From a virus (taxonomy: Duplodnaviria; Caudoviricetes), in the IMG/VR virus record IMGVR_UViG_3300033463_000027, positions 32,001-96,000 of that record: DNA of 64,000 bases, one strand, 5' to 3'. Positions 1 through 10,701 of the stretch are shown here, piece after piece; within the stretch, counting starts at the first letter, position 1, and every line of letters starts with the position of its first letter. The position numbers were made by a program, and so were the translations under genes. The notes under the pieces were generated by a model, which ran no database searches, was not told where the DNA came from, and saw only the letters and a program-made list of their open reading frames with translations.

Positions 1-302
1 ATGGCGGTTAATGTATTTTGAGCTTCTGCAAAAGTAAGATTTTTATTCGTTACAATCAAACCAGCGGTTGCCATAGCTTGTGCTATTTCTGATTCGGTAG
101 CGCCATTAGCGGCTAATGTTTGTGCGATTAATTCATTATTCAAATTTTGAGAAGATAAAACTGCGGCTTGTTGCACTGTAGATAATTTGGACACCGACAC
201 AGCCATAGCTTTTATATCACTTGCTTCCCACGTACCTGTCCATGTGCTAACATTCAAAAAGCCCTTCAACATTTCCGTAGCTTTACCAATTTCTTTAAAC
301 AT
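1..302 (-). CDS. Tape measure protein, exon 2 (continues beyond window start)
   Basis: Open frame ATG TTT AAA GAA ATT GGT... (MFKEIGKATEMLKGFLNV...AQAMATAGL...), Ala/Gln-rich and helical. In frame with exon 1 after removing intron 303-2176. Confidence 0.8.
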   Translation of the reverse strand, partial: MFKEIGKATEMLKGFLNVSTWTGTWEASDIKAMAVSVSKLSTVQQAAVLSSQNLNNELIAQTLAANGATESEIAQAMATAGLIVTNKNLTFAEAQNTLTA

Positions 303-334
303 CAAACAATATTTAGGTTTTGTGGATAAACCTC

Positions 335-363
335 TTGACAAAAGCTACAAAAAATGATATAAT
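335..363 (+). promoter_or_regulatory. Consensus sigma-A promoter for intron cargo gene
   Basis: TTGACA-17bp-TATAAT with extended -10 TG. Confidence 0.8.
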
Positions 364-385
364 AGTCTAAAAGATTTTTGCGATA

Positions 386-817
386 TTGGGAGACAATAAA
401 AATATCATGTGGATTATAATTATTATCTTTTTTTTATTAGTGTTCCCCTCATTATGTGATTCTGACAAAAAGTCTTGTTTGTCAGGGATTGCAAGCATTG
501 TAATCATAGGAACTATACTATATGGATTATCAATACTAAATAATATATGGGATTCTACCATTGCAACTATTACTTATATTATTCTTGCCTTAATTACCAT
601 AACAATTATTTGGATTGCAATTCAAGCGTGTATTAGTATTTCCAAAAGAAATAAAGAAGAAGAGCTTATAAAAAAAATTCTATCAAATACAAAATGTCCT
701 TATTGTCAAAGCAATAAAACTGTTTTTTTAGAATATTATAGAATTAATCGTGACATGAATCAATTACAACTATATTGTCAAGACTGCGGAGAGACTTGGA
801 TTTATAAAGAAGAATAA
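386..817 (+). CDS. Membrane protein with C-terminal zinc ribbon (moron-like)
   Basis: About 3 hydrophobic segments followed by CPYC...CQDC; own promoter; start uncertain. Confidence 0.7.
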   Translation: MGDNKNIMWIIIIIFFLLVFPSLCDSDKKSCLSGIASIVIIGTILYGLSILNNIWDSTIATITYIILALITITIIWIAIQACISISKRNKEEELIKKILSNTKCPYCQSNKTVFLEYYRINRDMNQLQLYCQDCGETWIYKEE

Positions 818-853
818 GATGGATTGATTTATGCGGTCAATCAATCATAAAAA

Positions 854-982
854 TCACTTAAACTCAATCCCCAACTCTTGATAAGGTTCTTTCTCGCCAG
901 TTTCTTCATCAACCATGTACTTTATACCCACCTTATCAAATAACTCTTTCCATTCTTGTTCCCGGTTTTTTATTCTCTTCAT
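854..982 (-). CDS. Possible 42-aa peptide
   Basis: MKRIKNREQEWKELFDKVGIKYMVDEETGEKEPYQELGIEFK; weak RBS. Confidence 0.3.
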   Translation of the reverse strand: MKRIKNREQEWKELFDKVGIKYMVDEETGEKEPYQELGIEFK

Positions 983-1050
983 CAAACAAAGAGAGGAAAT
1001 CTCCAACAGAAGTAATATCTAACAATTTTGTTACAAGGAGTGTGACCACT

Positions 1051-1182
1051 ATGCGCGGCAAACAAAATCTCCCTCTTGGTTTTTCTATTGGTATGATTAT
1101 TGCGGGGTTATGCTTGGGTGTCCCCGGTATAATCGTATACCTTATAGGGTTCTTTATTATTGCAAGTATATTTAAACTATAA
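1051..1182 (+). CDS. 43-aa hydrophobic peptide
   Basis: AAGGAG RBS then MRGKQNLPLGFSIGMIIAGLCLGVPGIIVYLIGFFIIASIFKL. Confidence 0.55.
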   Translation: MRGKQNLPLGFSIGMIIAGLCLGVPGIIVYLIGFFIIASIFKL

Positions 1183-1210
1183 ATATTCTGTAAAAATTCA
1201 CAATGGCTAA

Positions 1211-1239
1211 TTGACAATCACAATACCATGTGTTATAAT
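1211..1239 (+). promoter_or_regulatory. Consensus sigma-A promoter
   Basis: TTGACA-17bp-TATAAT with TG extension. Confidence 0.8.
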
Positions 1240-1274
1240 TTATAAGCTAAAATATAACGGTGTTAATGGAGTGA

Positions 1275-1697
1275 TTGTTCGTGCTAAATCTTGACTATAA
1301 GTGTTTCCGTGATGTTCTGAATTATATTCACAAACACCTTGAAATGCCTACGTTTGTAGATTATCCTAACTCAATTTCAATACTTGAAATTTGTAACGCT
1401 CCTGAATTATCTGATTACAGCAAAGTACAAATCAAATATACAATCATGAAATTAATCGAAGCTGATTTTGTTTGCTGTCATGGTTTAGACAATAAAAGTA
1501 AGTCACCCAAATATATTTACATAGACGATATAACCATAAAGGGCTATAGTTTTCTTGCAAATTCAATGAACAAAATAGTTTGGAATAAAGCTCTATCATC
1601 AATTAAGTCAACAGGAATAGTTTCACTGAACGCATTTTGTATGTTAATGGACAAAATAGCCTTGAAAATTTCTATTGACTCACTACGTAAAATATGA
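1275..1697 (+). CDS. DUF2513/YjcQ-like winged-helix protein
   Basis: LDYKCFRDVL...IKYTIMKLIEADFV...IDDITIKGYSFL...VWNK pattern. Confidence 0.7.
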   Translation: MFVLNLDYKCFRDVLNYIHKHLEMPTFVDYPNSISILEICNAPELSDYSKVQIKYTIMKLIEADFVCCHGLDNKSKSPKYIYIDDITIKGYSFLANSMNKIVWNKALSSIKSTGIVSLNAFCMLMDKIALKISIDSLRKI

Positions 1698-1703
1698 ATC
1701 CAA

Positions 1704-1733
1704 GACACTATCGCAAGATAGTGTTATTATTTT
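1704..1733 (+). terminator. Hairpin terminator after cargo gene
   Basis: GACACTATC-GCAA-GATAGTGTT followed by a T-rich tract. Confidence 0.55.
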
Positions 1734-2176
1734 GCTGTAATCTTACCAACTCTTACAGCGAGAGTACCACATACATGAAAGTACAAGGTAAGTTTATACT
1801 ATAAATCAAAGTGCCATGCTCACTTGTTCCGAGCGCATCTTAGTACGATCAGCGTTTCATCTAAATCGTACCCACCTGTTGTCGCTACTGTGAGGGCTTA
1901 ACTTGTATAACAAGTTCTATCCCTGCGAATCCACCGAGCGCAACATTTTTACAATCCTAAACTGTCACCAGAGTAGGGGAGTAGTCACGTTGTACAGTGT
2001 TCCTCGCATATTGAGGTATAGCCTGTATAGATAGGATTTATACTATATTCTATACAGACATAGGATTTCTCCGTTTTACATTAGTGTATTTCACTAACGT
2101 CTGAAATAAAACTGCCTATCGACAAGAAACTTTTCAGATGGCGGCATATTCTGTTGAGGGTAAACAATTTAACCCT

Positions 2177-5100
2177 ACCGCCGTTTTTGAGAAGTGCTGT
2201 TGCACCTATTGTGCCAAGTATTGTTGGGATTGCGCCAAGTGTATCTACAAGATCAGTTGCAAGTTGCACTAACTGAGTAAATGCTTTTAAGAAACCAGTT
2301 ACTTTATCGGTGTCAAAGAATTTGCTGAAAAATTCTTGTCCTGATGTTTTAAGATTCTGTAAGGAACTGGCGAGGGTATTTACGGTCTTATTCGCTTCCC
2401 GCATAGCTGAACCAGCACCGCGCTCATAAGTTTCCATAATACCTTGCATGGAATCCCAATCTTGAAGAATTGCAGCAAGGGTATTAGCCCTATACTTGCC
2501 GCCCAGATCACTAAGCACCACAGCGCGTCTATCATCGCCTTGTGGTAACTCGTTAAATACTTTAGCCAATTCTCCAAGTAATTCAATAGGTGTTTTAAGC
2601 TGTTCAGCCCCATCAACTATTTTGTGCATTGAAATACCAACAGTATCAAATGCCTTAACGACTTGTTGATTCGTCACATCCGAAATTTGGAGCATGATTG
2701 ATTTGATCGCGTTACCAACGACGTTTCCACCCTGTTTGGTTCTTGCTTCTGCAATAGCAATCAAGGCAGACAATTCCTCAATACTCATTCCATACTGATG
2801 AGCAACAGATGCGGCTTCTTTGGTACCTTCGGTCATATCTTGCATTGACACTGCATATCGGTTTGTGATAAGGTTCTGTCCGTCGAGTATTTTTGTTAAT
2901 TTTTCAATGCTACCACCTAATTGATAAGCGGCATCAGTAGCAATCAAATAGTCTCTTGCGGTGCTATCGCTCACATCACCCGCTGCCTGAACCAATAGTG
3001 CGAGATCAGCCATCTTCTCCGACTGACCCTCGCCCAACGTTTCATAACCAGCTCTCGCCATTTCCTGAACGCCAGTCAGATAATTCTGAACACTAACACC
3101 ATACTTGCTTGCGGCATCAAATGCAGTCTCACCCAACTTCTCCAAACTCTCAACACTACGCTCAGAGGTCTTAGAGATTTCAGTCAAGATACTATCAACA
3201 TCTTTAAGAGTAACAAGGGCTTGCTTGCCTTCGTTTGTTATCATCATGAAAGCATTAGCAAGATTGAACCACCCTGCAAATTTCAAAGCCTTTTCTTTGA
3301 AGGTGTCCATAAAACTCTTACCAATCTGCCCTGTCTGCTGTGCAGTCCTATTCAGTTCGTTAAACTGTTGTGTCAGATGAGTAAGCGTTTGTTTATCTGC
3401 ACTCTGTATCTGTGTCTGCAAAGATTTCATGGACTGTCTCATACTCTCACTTGCACGAGTATTGTTTCTCAGCCATGTTTCGATCTTGTTGTTCAGATTA
3501 CTCTTTCTATCTTCAAGAGCCGCCGCATCTTTTACAGATTTCAAACTTGTTTGAAGTTCTTTGGCGCGTTCAGAAGTAGATTTGATTTGATTATCAAGTT
3601 GGGTAAATCCCGCAATAACCTCTTGTGTAGCACCTTCGCTTTGGAATCGCGCTTGCAACTGAGCATACTGATTAGAAAGATTAGTTATATCTTGTTGAAG
3701 TTGAACTACCTCGCTATTACCTGAGTTTTGTGCAAACAGACCCTTGCTTGTATCGGTCTGTAATTTCTTAATGGCATTATCTGTGGCTTGAATACTTTGC
3801 TCACTGTTTTGGAGAACCTTAGAATACTCTATAAAGGCTTGTATGGCTTGCTCCGCAGACTTTTTACTTTGGTCAAAAGTATCAGTAGTTGCATTTCTTA
3901 CTTCATTGACAGCTACAACAACAGTATCGTACTGATCTCTTAAAAGTTTGATGGTCGCGGGGTCTTGAATAGCTTTACCGTTGGTGTTAGAATTGGTCGC
4001 TTCACCATAAGCCTTATTGATTAAATCAGTAAGTTTTTGCCATTCTTTCTCTTGATTTTGTATTTCCTGTGTTTGTTGTCTCACTTCTTTTGTAGCCTGA
4101 GACAACATTTTATTAAACGTTTGTAAACTATACTTATCGGTTATATTTGCAAAAGCACCAAGTAAATCAGTAGTAGTAAAGGTTAGCTCATTTTCATTTA
4201 CTCCAAGCTCTTGCACTTTCTTAACTATTTCATCTAAAGAAGCGCTTGCTTTAGAATAATCAACATTAAATGAATTTCTTGCCGCATTTGATTGACTTAC
4301 CTTTTGTAAACTATCAAATTCAGCTTCCAACTTGCGTAAATCTTCATAAACAGTCCTAAAACTATTTCTATCGCCTACAGTTTGTAGCGCTTGATTGACA
4401 GCATGAATCCTATCTATAAAGTCTTGCGATGCAAGATTGGAATTTCTAACATCATTTTCAAACTCTTTGATTTCTTCGTTAAGAATAGCTTTTTGATTAA
4501 CTACGCTTTTACTTGACATTTGAGTGTCAGCGTATTGAGCACTTCTTATTACTTCTGCAAGCCGTTTAAATGCCGCTTCACGATCTTGTAAATCTTTAAT
4601 TTCTTGTTGATTTACAGTATGTCCACTCTTTATTGTTTGTTGGATTTCCTCAATTTTTTGTTTGAGTTTAGAATATTCGTCAATGTATGTATCAATTTGA
4701 GTTTTTAGTGTAGAACTCTGTTCGCCATATAAACCATTTTTTGAAATAACACCATTTTGAGTATCAACGCCCAACATTGGTTTGTTTTTTTCATGTGTTG
4801 AAGCAATGATGTTATTATATAAATCATTAATTCTTTGTAATTCTTTCTCTTGATTTTTAAGCTCTTTATTATACTCTTGGGTATCTTTAATAGCAGACTC
4901 ATTAAAAGCACCACCCATAAAATCAAAAGAAAATCCTTTAATTACATTAGCTTCGTCTTTAATTGATTGTAATGAATATCGGAATTTTAATATTTCATTC
5001 TCAGCATTTTTGGCAGAAATAGTAAAAGCATCTATCTTGCCGCTGGCATCAGTAATACCTTGTACATCAACATTCCCTTTGCCAAAAGCATTTTCATAAG

Positions 5101-5590
5101 CTTTTTGGACTTGATTCATAGCTAAAATTAAAGATTGCGCAGATGCTTCGGCGGGTTTGTTATTTATAACTGTAATACCATTGCTATCAATATTTTGACT
5201 GGAAGGTAATTTATTCCCAATCATTGCTTGAACTTGTTCTTTAGCAAGATGTTTATAGGTATCAGCTAACTGCTGTACAGCCTGTTTCGCCTGTTGTGTC
5301 TGTTGTGTAACGCTGCTCGTAGTATTCGCCACTTGTTGCATTTCATTCCGAACACTTTCTAAACCAGCATTATCAAAGCGTACTTCACCAACATTTATAG
5401 TGAGTTTTTGATTGTTTAACTGATCTTGAATACTCTTAACAGATAAAGAACTTGTATCTAAAATTGCTTTAACCTTAATCGCATATTCATCTTTAGTTTC
5501 AACATCTTTCTTAAACGCCGCAAACTGAGCCTTTATACTATCAAGACTTGTATGGTCAAGTTTAGCTCTAACATTAAAAATATAATCCAA
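2177..5590 (-). CDS. Tape measure protein, exon 1 (1138 codons)
   Basis: Long coiled coil plus phage tail tape-measure core (EISKTS...EMARAG...GNAIKSI); ORF tail after NGG is intron read-through. Confidence 0.9.
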
Positions 5591-5615
5591 AAAATCACCT
5601 CCTACTTAAAAAGGA

Positions 5616-6248
5616 TTACTTCTTCTTACCAAATGCAGCTCTTGCTCCTGCGGCAATCCCCGCATCAAAAGCAAGATTAATCATTTCAGAATCACCTATA
5701 TCAGTAAGAGAACCATATACACTTGCATTAGTATCACTTACTTCATCGTTCATTAGATAATAGATTAATTCTCCCCAAATTCCTACACCCTTATCACCCT
5801 GTTTGGGATATGCGGCACCATGCAATCCTGTTTCTGCGTATTCCAATACTTCTGAACCTGAATGACTTGGTGGCTGAGAAGGTGGATAAGTATAACTCAA
5901 ATAATTACTAATAAACACATGACCACCATAACCCGACACATACATATCAGAAGCATTATAGAGAGTTTCAGTTCTGACATATTTTTCGGGCGTATAATCA
6001 TTATACCAATCCTCAATTACATACTCTAAAACATTGAACACATATTTGGTCGCCCAATCAACGCCAAAATGAATACGCTTTTTCATATCTTTAAAAATCG
6101 CTTCTAATGAATCAAATTCAACATCTTCATACTCCCATGTGTCCATGTTAAAATTTGCAATCGTACCACTTCCAAGATTGTTTCTAATTTCCTGCTTTGC
6201 CCTTTTCAGCCGAGGTGATTTTGTTCTCTTTTTAGGATTAAGCGCCAT
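5616..6248 (-). CDS. Putative neck/tail-completion protein
   Basis: WYNDYTPEKYVRT motif; position just upstream of tape measure gene. Confidence 0.5.
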   Translation of the reverse strand: MALNPKKRTKSPRLKRAKQEIRNNLGSGTIANFNMDTWEYEDVEFDSLEAIFKDMKKRIHFGVDWATKYVFNVLEYVIEDWYNDYTPEKYVRTETLYNASDMYVSGYGGHVFISNYLSYTYPPSQPPSHSGSEVLEYAETGLHGAAYPKQGDKGVGIWGELIYYLMNDEVSDTNASVYGSLTDIGDSEMINLAFDAGIAAGARAAFGKKK

Positions 6249-6520
6249 CAGCCATCACCCAAACCCCGAATATACTTAACAGCCCTATAAAGTTCCTCTT
6301 TACCAGTATTATCATCATGTTTGTTTACAACAGCAATTGTAAATTCACTACCCTTATGAAGCCCAAGAGATAATACTCCTATGATAGACTTGGCGTTTAC
6401 CGATCTGTCTGCATTATTAAAATAGACACAACTGCCAAGCCCTTGCATAAAATACACAAGGGCGTGAACCATACGACCATTCACCTCACAGGGGATAATT
6501 ATATTTTCCGAGTAACACAC
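6248..6520 (-). CDS. HPr/Crh-like phosphocarrier-fold protein
   Basis: VNAKSIIGVLSLG matches the HPr Ser46 motif; His15 motif (GLHARP) is absent. Confidence 0.7.
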   Translation of the reverse strand: MCYSENIIIPCEVNGRMVHALVYFMQGLGSCVYFNNADRSVNAKSIIGVLSLGLHKGSEFTIAVVNKHDDNTGKEELYRAVKYIRGLGDG

Positions 6521-6526
6521 AAGATA

Positions 6527-7126
6527 TCACCCTTTCTTCTTCTCTTTTTCTTCTCTTTTCTTCTCATCATGGATAACATGAGCTAACTGTTTTGCAGTCT
6601 CCTTGAAATCACTCTGCTTTATAGCATCTGCATAGGACTGAAACCTTTCGCTCACTTCCTGAATATCAACGTCCTTATACTTCTCTTCAAGAGTATCAAC
6701 AAAATCACCAATCTTATTCAAAAGATTGGCAATTGTTTCTTTGGTAACATCACGATTCTGATAATCATATATCTTATCGTTGATAGTTTCAAGCATTTCC
6801 TCATAAATATACTTAGGGATAGGAAGAATCTCAGGTAACATATCATCATAAGTGTCATTAAGTATCTTATACAAATCAGCACCCTTAAATGCGATCTTGT
6901 CTTTGTCATCTTTAATATCAAAATTCCTTAGTTCATTCCAAATCACACTCTTATCAGAATTACCTAACTCATCCTCGGTAGGTTCATACCCATAGAAGAT
7001 ATTTGCTCCAAAGAGAGCTATATAAAAATTCTTCTGTTCAATGCCTTCCTCAATGGTCTTGTCTACAACAGCCTTGATAAAGGTCAGATAATCAACATAA
7101 GTAAATTCCTTATTAGTTTTCAGCAT
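6527..7126 (-). CDS. Hypothetical, possible tail assembly chaperone
   Basis: Acidic helical protein in tail module. Confidence 0.4.
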   Translation of the reverse strand: MLKTNKEFTYVDYLTFIKAVVDKTIEEGIEQKNFYIALFGANIFYGYEPTEDELGNSDKSVIWNELRNFDIKDDKDKIAFKGADLYKILNDTYDDMLPEILPIPKYIYEEMLETINDKIYDYQNRDVTKETIANLLNKIGDFVDTLEEKYKDVDIQEVSERFQSYADAIKQSDFKETAKQLAHVIHDEKKREEKEKKKG

Positions 7127-7129
7127 AAT

Positions 7130-7657
7130 TTATTCCTCCGTTATATTATTCAAGAACTCGTCCACATTCCATGTATAACGAGTACGTTTTTTCTCACCAT
7201 GTATCTCAATGGCATTATAGGTGATAATATCCTTTTCATTACAACTTGCCTTGTTCAAATTTGCAACCATCGTATTAAAGTCACCTATGTATTGGAAATA
7301 AGTGCGTTCAACCGCATTTTTATCGTCCCTAATATTAAAGATAAATCCTGCAATCACATGGTCGTGTTCTGCAAATTCAGTAAGAGCCTTGATTTGATGT
7401 AATTTAATCATTTTGCTCTTTTCTTCTTTGGTTCTCTGTATAGAAAAACTTGAACTCTTGGTTGACTTCAACTCTAAGGTTAAGAACTTTCTATGTAAAC
7501 TATCAAACGCAATATAATCACATGGGTTCTTATTTGAAAACCTCAACCCCTCACTTTGTCCAAATGATTGCGGCGGGTCTGCAAGGCGTATCACCACACA
7601 ATATTCGGGAAAAGAGGACTTAATTGCGTTCTCAAAAATCTTTCCTGCGTTCTGCAT
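7130..7657 (-). CDS. recU: RecU-like Holliday junction resolvase
   Basis: GKIFE...PCDY...LELKST...HQIKAL PD-(D/E)xK motifs. Confidence 0.8.
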   Translation of the reverse strand: MQNAGKIFENAIKSSFPEYCVVIRLADPPQSFGQSEGLRFSNKNPCDYIAFDSLHRKFLTLELKSTKSSSFSIQRTKEEKSKMIKLHQIKALTEFAEHDHVIAGFIFNIRDDKNAVERTYFQYIGDFNTMVANLNKASCNEKDIITYNAIEIHGEKKRTRYTWNVDEFLNNITEE

Positions 7658-7756
7658 AAATATTAATCACTCCAATAAAACCGCGCTTTCATAGTTAATT
7701 CTGTAAAAAATAAGGGGAACAATAAGCCCATAAACCGACCTACGTTCCCCTTTCTT

Positions 7757-8116
7757 TCAAGAATCCACTTTTGACTTGCGCGTTCGCTTAGTAGTTTTCT
7801 TCTTTGGCTGCTCTTCTACTACCTCAACTTCGGGTTTTTCAAAAACAGCACCTTTAATGTCATTAACAACATCTTTTATATCATCTGCATACTCAATCTC
7901 ACCATACATCTTTTCGGCATTAAGCAAATCAGTCTTTGCCTGTTCCTTACTGATTTGTTTTCTGATATACCTTATAATAGGAATATGGTATACAAAATGC
8001 TCTTGTGTGCAAACAACAGACCTCCACGCCAAGAACTCATTCTGTGAATCACAAAATGCACAGGCGGGATATTCCTTGCCGCAAACAAGACAATTTTTCA
8101 TAATAGTTTTAGCCAC
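7757..8116 (-). CDS. Zn-binding hypothetical protein
   Basis: CLVC...CAFC...C motif; basic C-terminus. Confidence 0.6.
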   Translation of the reverse strand: MAKTIMKNCLVCGKEYPACAFCDSQNEFLAWRSVVCTQEHFVYHIPIIRYIRKQISKEQAKTDLLNAEKMYGEIEYADDIKDVVNDIKGAVFEKPEVEVVEEQPKKKTTKRTRKSKVDS

Positions 8117-8243
8117 AATATCACCTCACTATATTTTTTACTCGCGTACTCAGTACACGATGAACTCATATACTCAATACGCGAGTAAAAGGGCTACAGA
8201 CCGTAGCCCATAGCCCCTTCGCGTACTCTTATGTTTAGCCTTT

Positions 8244-9353
8244 TTACGACTTGGTGGCAGTAATGTAATAGGTTGTAGGATTAGCACCCGCCTTAGAAGC
8301 AGTAACAACAACCTCATTAGCACCAGTAACCCACGTTGCATCTCCACCGCTTGCAATCGAATTGCCATTAACAGTGATAACAACGTTAGTTCCAGCCGCC
8401 GCAGTAGCAGTAATAGCACTTGTAGCCGCAGTTACAGAGGTGGTGTAAGAGGTTACATCAGCATCGAACGTAGGCGACAGAGTAGCATCGGCAACCGTCA
8501 AAGCGGTGAGCTTCGCAGTCTCAGTGGTGGACTCGTCCTTATAAACGATGAACTCCCACAGACCATTGGTCTGAGTAGCAGCACAAGTATCAACAAGAGA
8601 GTTAGCAGTAAAGCTCTGGATGGTCTGATCGCCACCAAGCTCAAAGTCAAACTCGCCGCTGAACTGTGCGCGATAGATAACGAACTGACACTTGTACTCG
8701 TTATCACAGGCATCAACGCCTGTGCAATCTATTACAAGATACAGAGTCTTACCAAATACATCAGACTCATTAACAACTCTTGCACCAGTAGCAAGGAAGT
8801 CGTACATAACAACTATCTTCTGACCCGCGCTAAGAGAAGCGTTAGTAGGCAGAGTAAGTTCCTTAGTAGAGGGATTATAAGCATACTTGTTAGAAGCAGC
8901 ACTATTACCCTGAGTCCACTCATTAGCAATAAGACCACCGTTGTCAGAGAGAACTCTAACGTCAACAATCTCAGCACCCGCAGTGCCAACCGCAGTATAA
9001 GTGGTAGTTACCTTACCCGCACTAACCATAGCAGCAGTAAGGTCTATAATATCAGGATAACGTACCCTGTAGTCACCATAGGTCTGCGAAGAACCAGTCT
9101 GTGCAGCCATAAGATCGCCAGAGATAAGTGCAGAGTCACCAGTTACAGAAACAGCTTTGTTTCTCTTTAACTGTTTGAGCAAACGACCACCCTTACCAGT
9201 AATATCAACAGTATCTTCCGTGTTAGAAATGGTAGTAGACTGTAACTCAGTCAACAGCATTTCGCCCTTTTTGGAAGTTCTGTTATAAGCATGGATTCTA
9301 TCGAGACTTGTTATGGTAAAGTTATCAATAGTAAAAAGTCCAGTAACAGCCAT
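8244..9353 (-). CDS. Major tail tube protein with C-terminal cadherin/Ig-like domain
   Basis: Position, composition, and LSPTFDADVTSY cadherin-like beta-sandwich at C-terminus. Confidence 0.75.
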   Translation of the reverse strand: MAVTGLFTIDNFTITSLDRIHAYNRTSKKGEMLLTELQSTTISNTEDTVDITGKGGRLLKQLKRNKAVSVTGDSALISGDLMAAQTGSSQTYGDYRVRYPDIIDLTAAMVSAGKVTTTYTAVGTAGAEIVDVRVLSDNGGLIANEWTQGNSAASNKYAYNPSTKELTLPTNASLSAGQKIVVMYDFLATGARVVNESDVFGKTLYLVIDCTGVDACDNEYKCQFVIYRAQFSGEFDFELGGDQTIQSFTANSLVDTCAATQTNGLWEFIVYKDESTTETAKLTALTVADATLSPTFDADVTSYTTSVTAATSAITATAAAGTNVVITVNGNSIASGGDATWVTGANEVVVTASKAGANPTTYYITATKS

Positions 9354-9403
9354 ATCTTTTCCTTCCTTTCTATAATAAAATGAAAAGCCGCCTTGACAGC
9401 GAC

Positions 9404-10162
9404 TTACCTAAACGACAGATAATTCAAATCAGATTTCTTAATCTTCTTGACATTGACTGTCCCCATACCCGAATATACTCCGCGCATGATGTTAGTATAA
9501 TTCACCCACTTCATGATCTGTTTCACACAACAGTAAAAGTCATAGATAGTGAGGTTATTGATTGTTTCAAAATCATAGGGAAATCCATCATGACACACAA
9601 GGGCTATAATAAGTTCATCAAACTCATTCACACTCTTGCGTTTAATCCTGTGAGCATTACGTCTATGTTCTTCTTCAAGCTCCAAGAAATACTTATATGC
9701 TGTCTCATTCGCGGGTTTTCTCTTATACTTCTTACAATTAAGAAGCTCACAAAACAACAACCCCACTTGCATATAAACATACTCGTCAATAATAATATTG
9801 TTGTCTTTATCGACTAATACAATCTTTCCATTAGCTTGTTCAATAGGCAACAAATCCCTAAAGTCCAAATCTTTAAAAAGAATAGTAGAGTCAATCTTGA
9901 CCTCTTTACCATTGAGCTTTTCAACTATAAAGAACGCAAAGAAGTTCTCAATAAAGAACTCATACTCAGAAATCTCCCTAAAATCACGCCCCGCCTGATG
10001 TAACTCCAACATATAGTTAGAGGGTGTCATGAGAAAGAAATTCATTAACATCTCATAGTTGGGACGATTTTGTTTATTTCTATATTCACCGAGAGTGGGA
10101 ATATAGACTGTCACTCTATCGGTGATCTTATATTCTCTCTCGTTTAAAAGGCTTATTGCCAA
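9404..10162 (-). CDS. Conserved SPbeta-like tail-region protein
   Basis: NLTIYDFY motif; synteny. Confidence 0.55.
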   Translation of the reverse strand: MAISLLNEREYKITDRVTVYIPTLGEYRNKQNRPNYEMLMNFFLMTPSNYMLELHQAGRDFREISEYEFFIENFFAFFIVEKLNGKEVKIDSTILFKDLDFRDLLPIEQANGKIVLVDKDNNIIIDEYVYMQVGLLFCELLNCKKYKRKPANETAYKYFLELEEEHRRNAHRIKRKSVNEFDELIIALVCHDGFPYDFETINNLTIYDFYCCVKQIMKWVNYTNIMRGVYSGMGTVNVKKIKKSDLNYLSFR

Positions 10163-10701
10163 TCATCATCACCCGTTCCATACCTTATCTTATCAGCAAA
10201 GTCGGTGATTTTAAATGCGACCAATCGCCCTGTATACTTGTAATTTGTCTGCGTAAATATATTATTGTAAAGAAATCTGTTCTTGCTAATGCCAAGATTG
10301 GCTTGTGGAACAAACGTCTTTTTAAGCTCTCGCACAATAATATCATTCCGCAGTCTATTCTTGCTTGTAGCCATATTCCCCTCATACCTTACTATATCTC
10401 TATGAGTCAAGACCCAAAAGAACAGAGTAAGCGTAACATAACCTGTTCCATTACGCCCAACTTGTGAGGACACAGTTTCATTTATATCATAAAAGATATA
10501 ACTTTCTGTCTCAGTAATAGTCTCAGGGTCGAACTCTTGTGGCAAAAGGTTGTGCCAAACCAATTCGTCAGCATCATCAGTAGTTAATGTTCCACGGCTT
10601 AGAACATCTACCAAGACTTCATTATTCAAAATTTCATTGGTGATAACATTTCTGTAATCCTCAATCAAATCCTCGTTGATATTCTTTGCCACATTACACA
10701 C
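10153..10701 (-). CDS. Putative tail terminator
   Basis: Size, position, and RLRND motif. Confidence 0.5.
   Translation of the reverse strand: MCNVAKNINEDLIEDYRNVITNEILNNEVLVDVLSRGTLTTDDADELVWHNLLPQEFDPETITETESYIFYDINETVSSQVGRNGTGYVTLTLFFWVLTHRDIVRYEGNMATSKNRLRNDIIVRELKKTFVPQANLGISKNRFLYNNIFTQTNYKYTGRLVAFKITDFADKIRYGTGDDDWQ

Larger units (their letters stand above)
303..2176 (-). ncRNA. Large group I intron (1874 nt) in tape measure gene, carrying cargo ORFs
   Basis: Exon 1 ends GGCGGU. Internal guide GAAUAUGCCGCC (2151-2140) pairs with GGCGGU (P1, U.G) and with exon 2 AUGUUU (P10). P4 UGCGAG/UUCGCA, P8 GUACGAU/AUCGUAC, S-like AAGAUGCGCUCGG, P9.0 GAACAA/UUGUUU, terminal G at 303. Confidence 0.8.

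Noticed and set aside
936-1217. 93-aa minus-strand ORF
   Set aside because: Antisense to a better-supported plus-strand peptide and promoter; no RBS.
2081-2176. TMP C-terminus RVKLFTL...SEIH
   Set aside because: Read-through into the intron.
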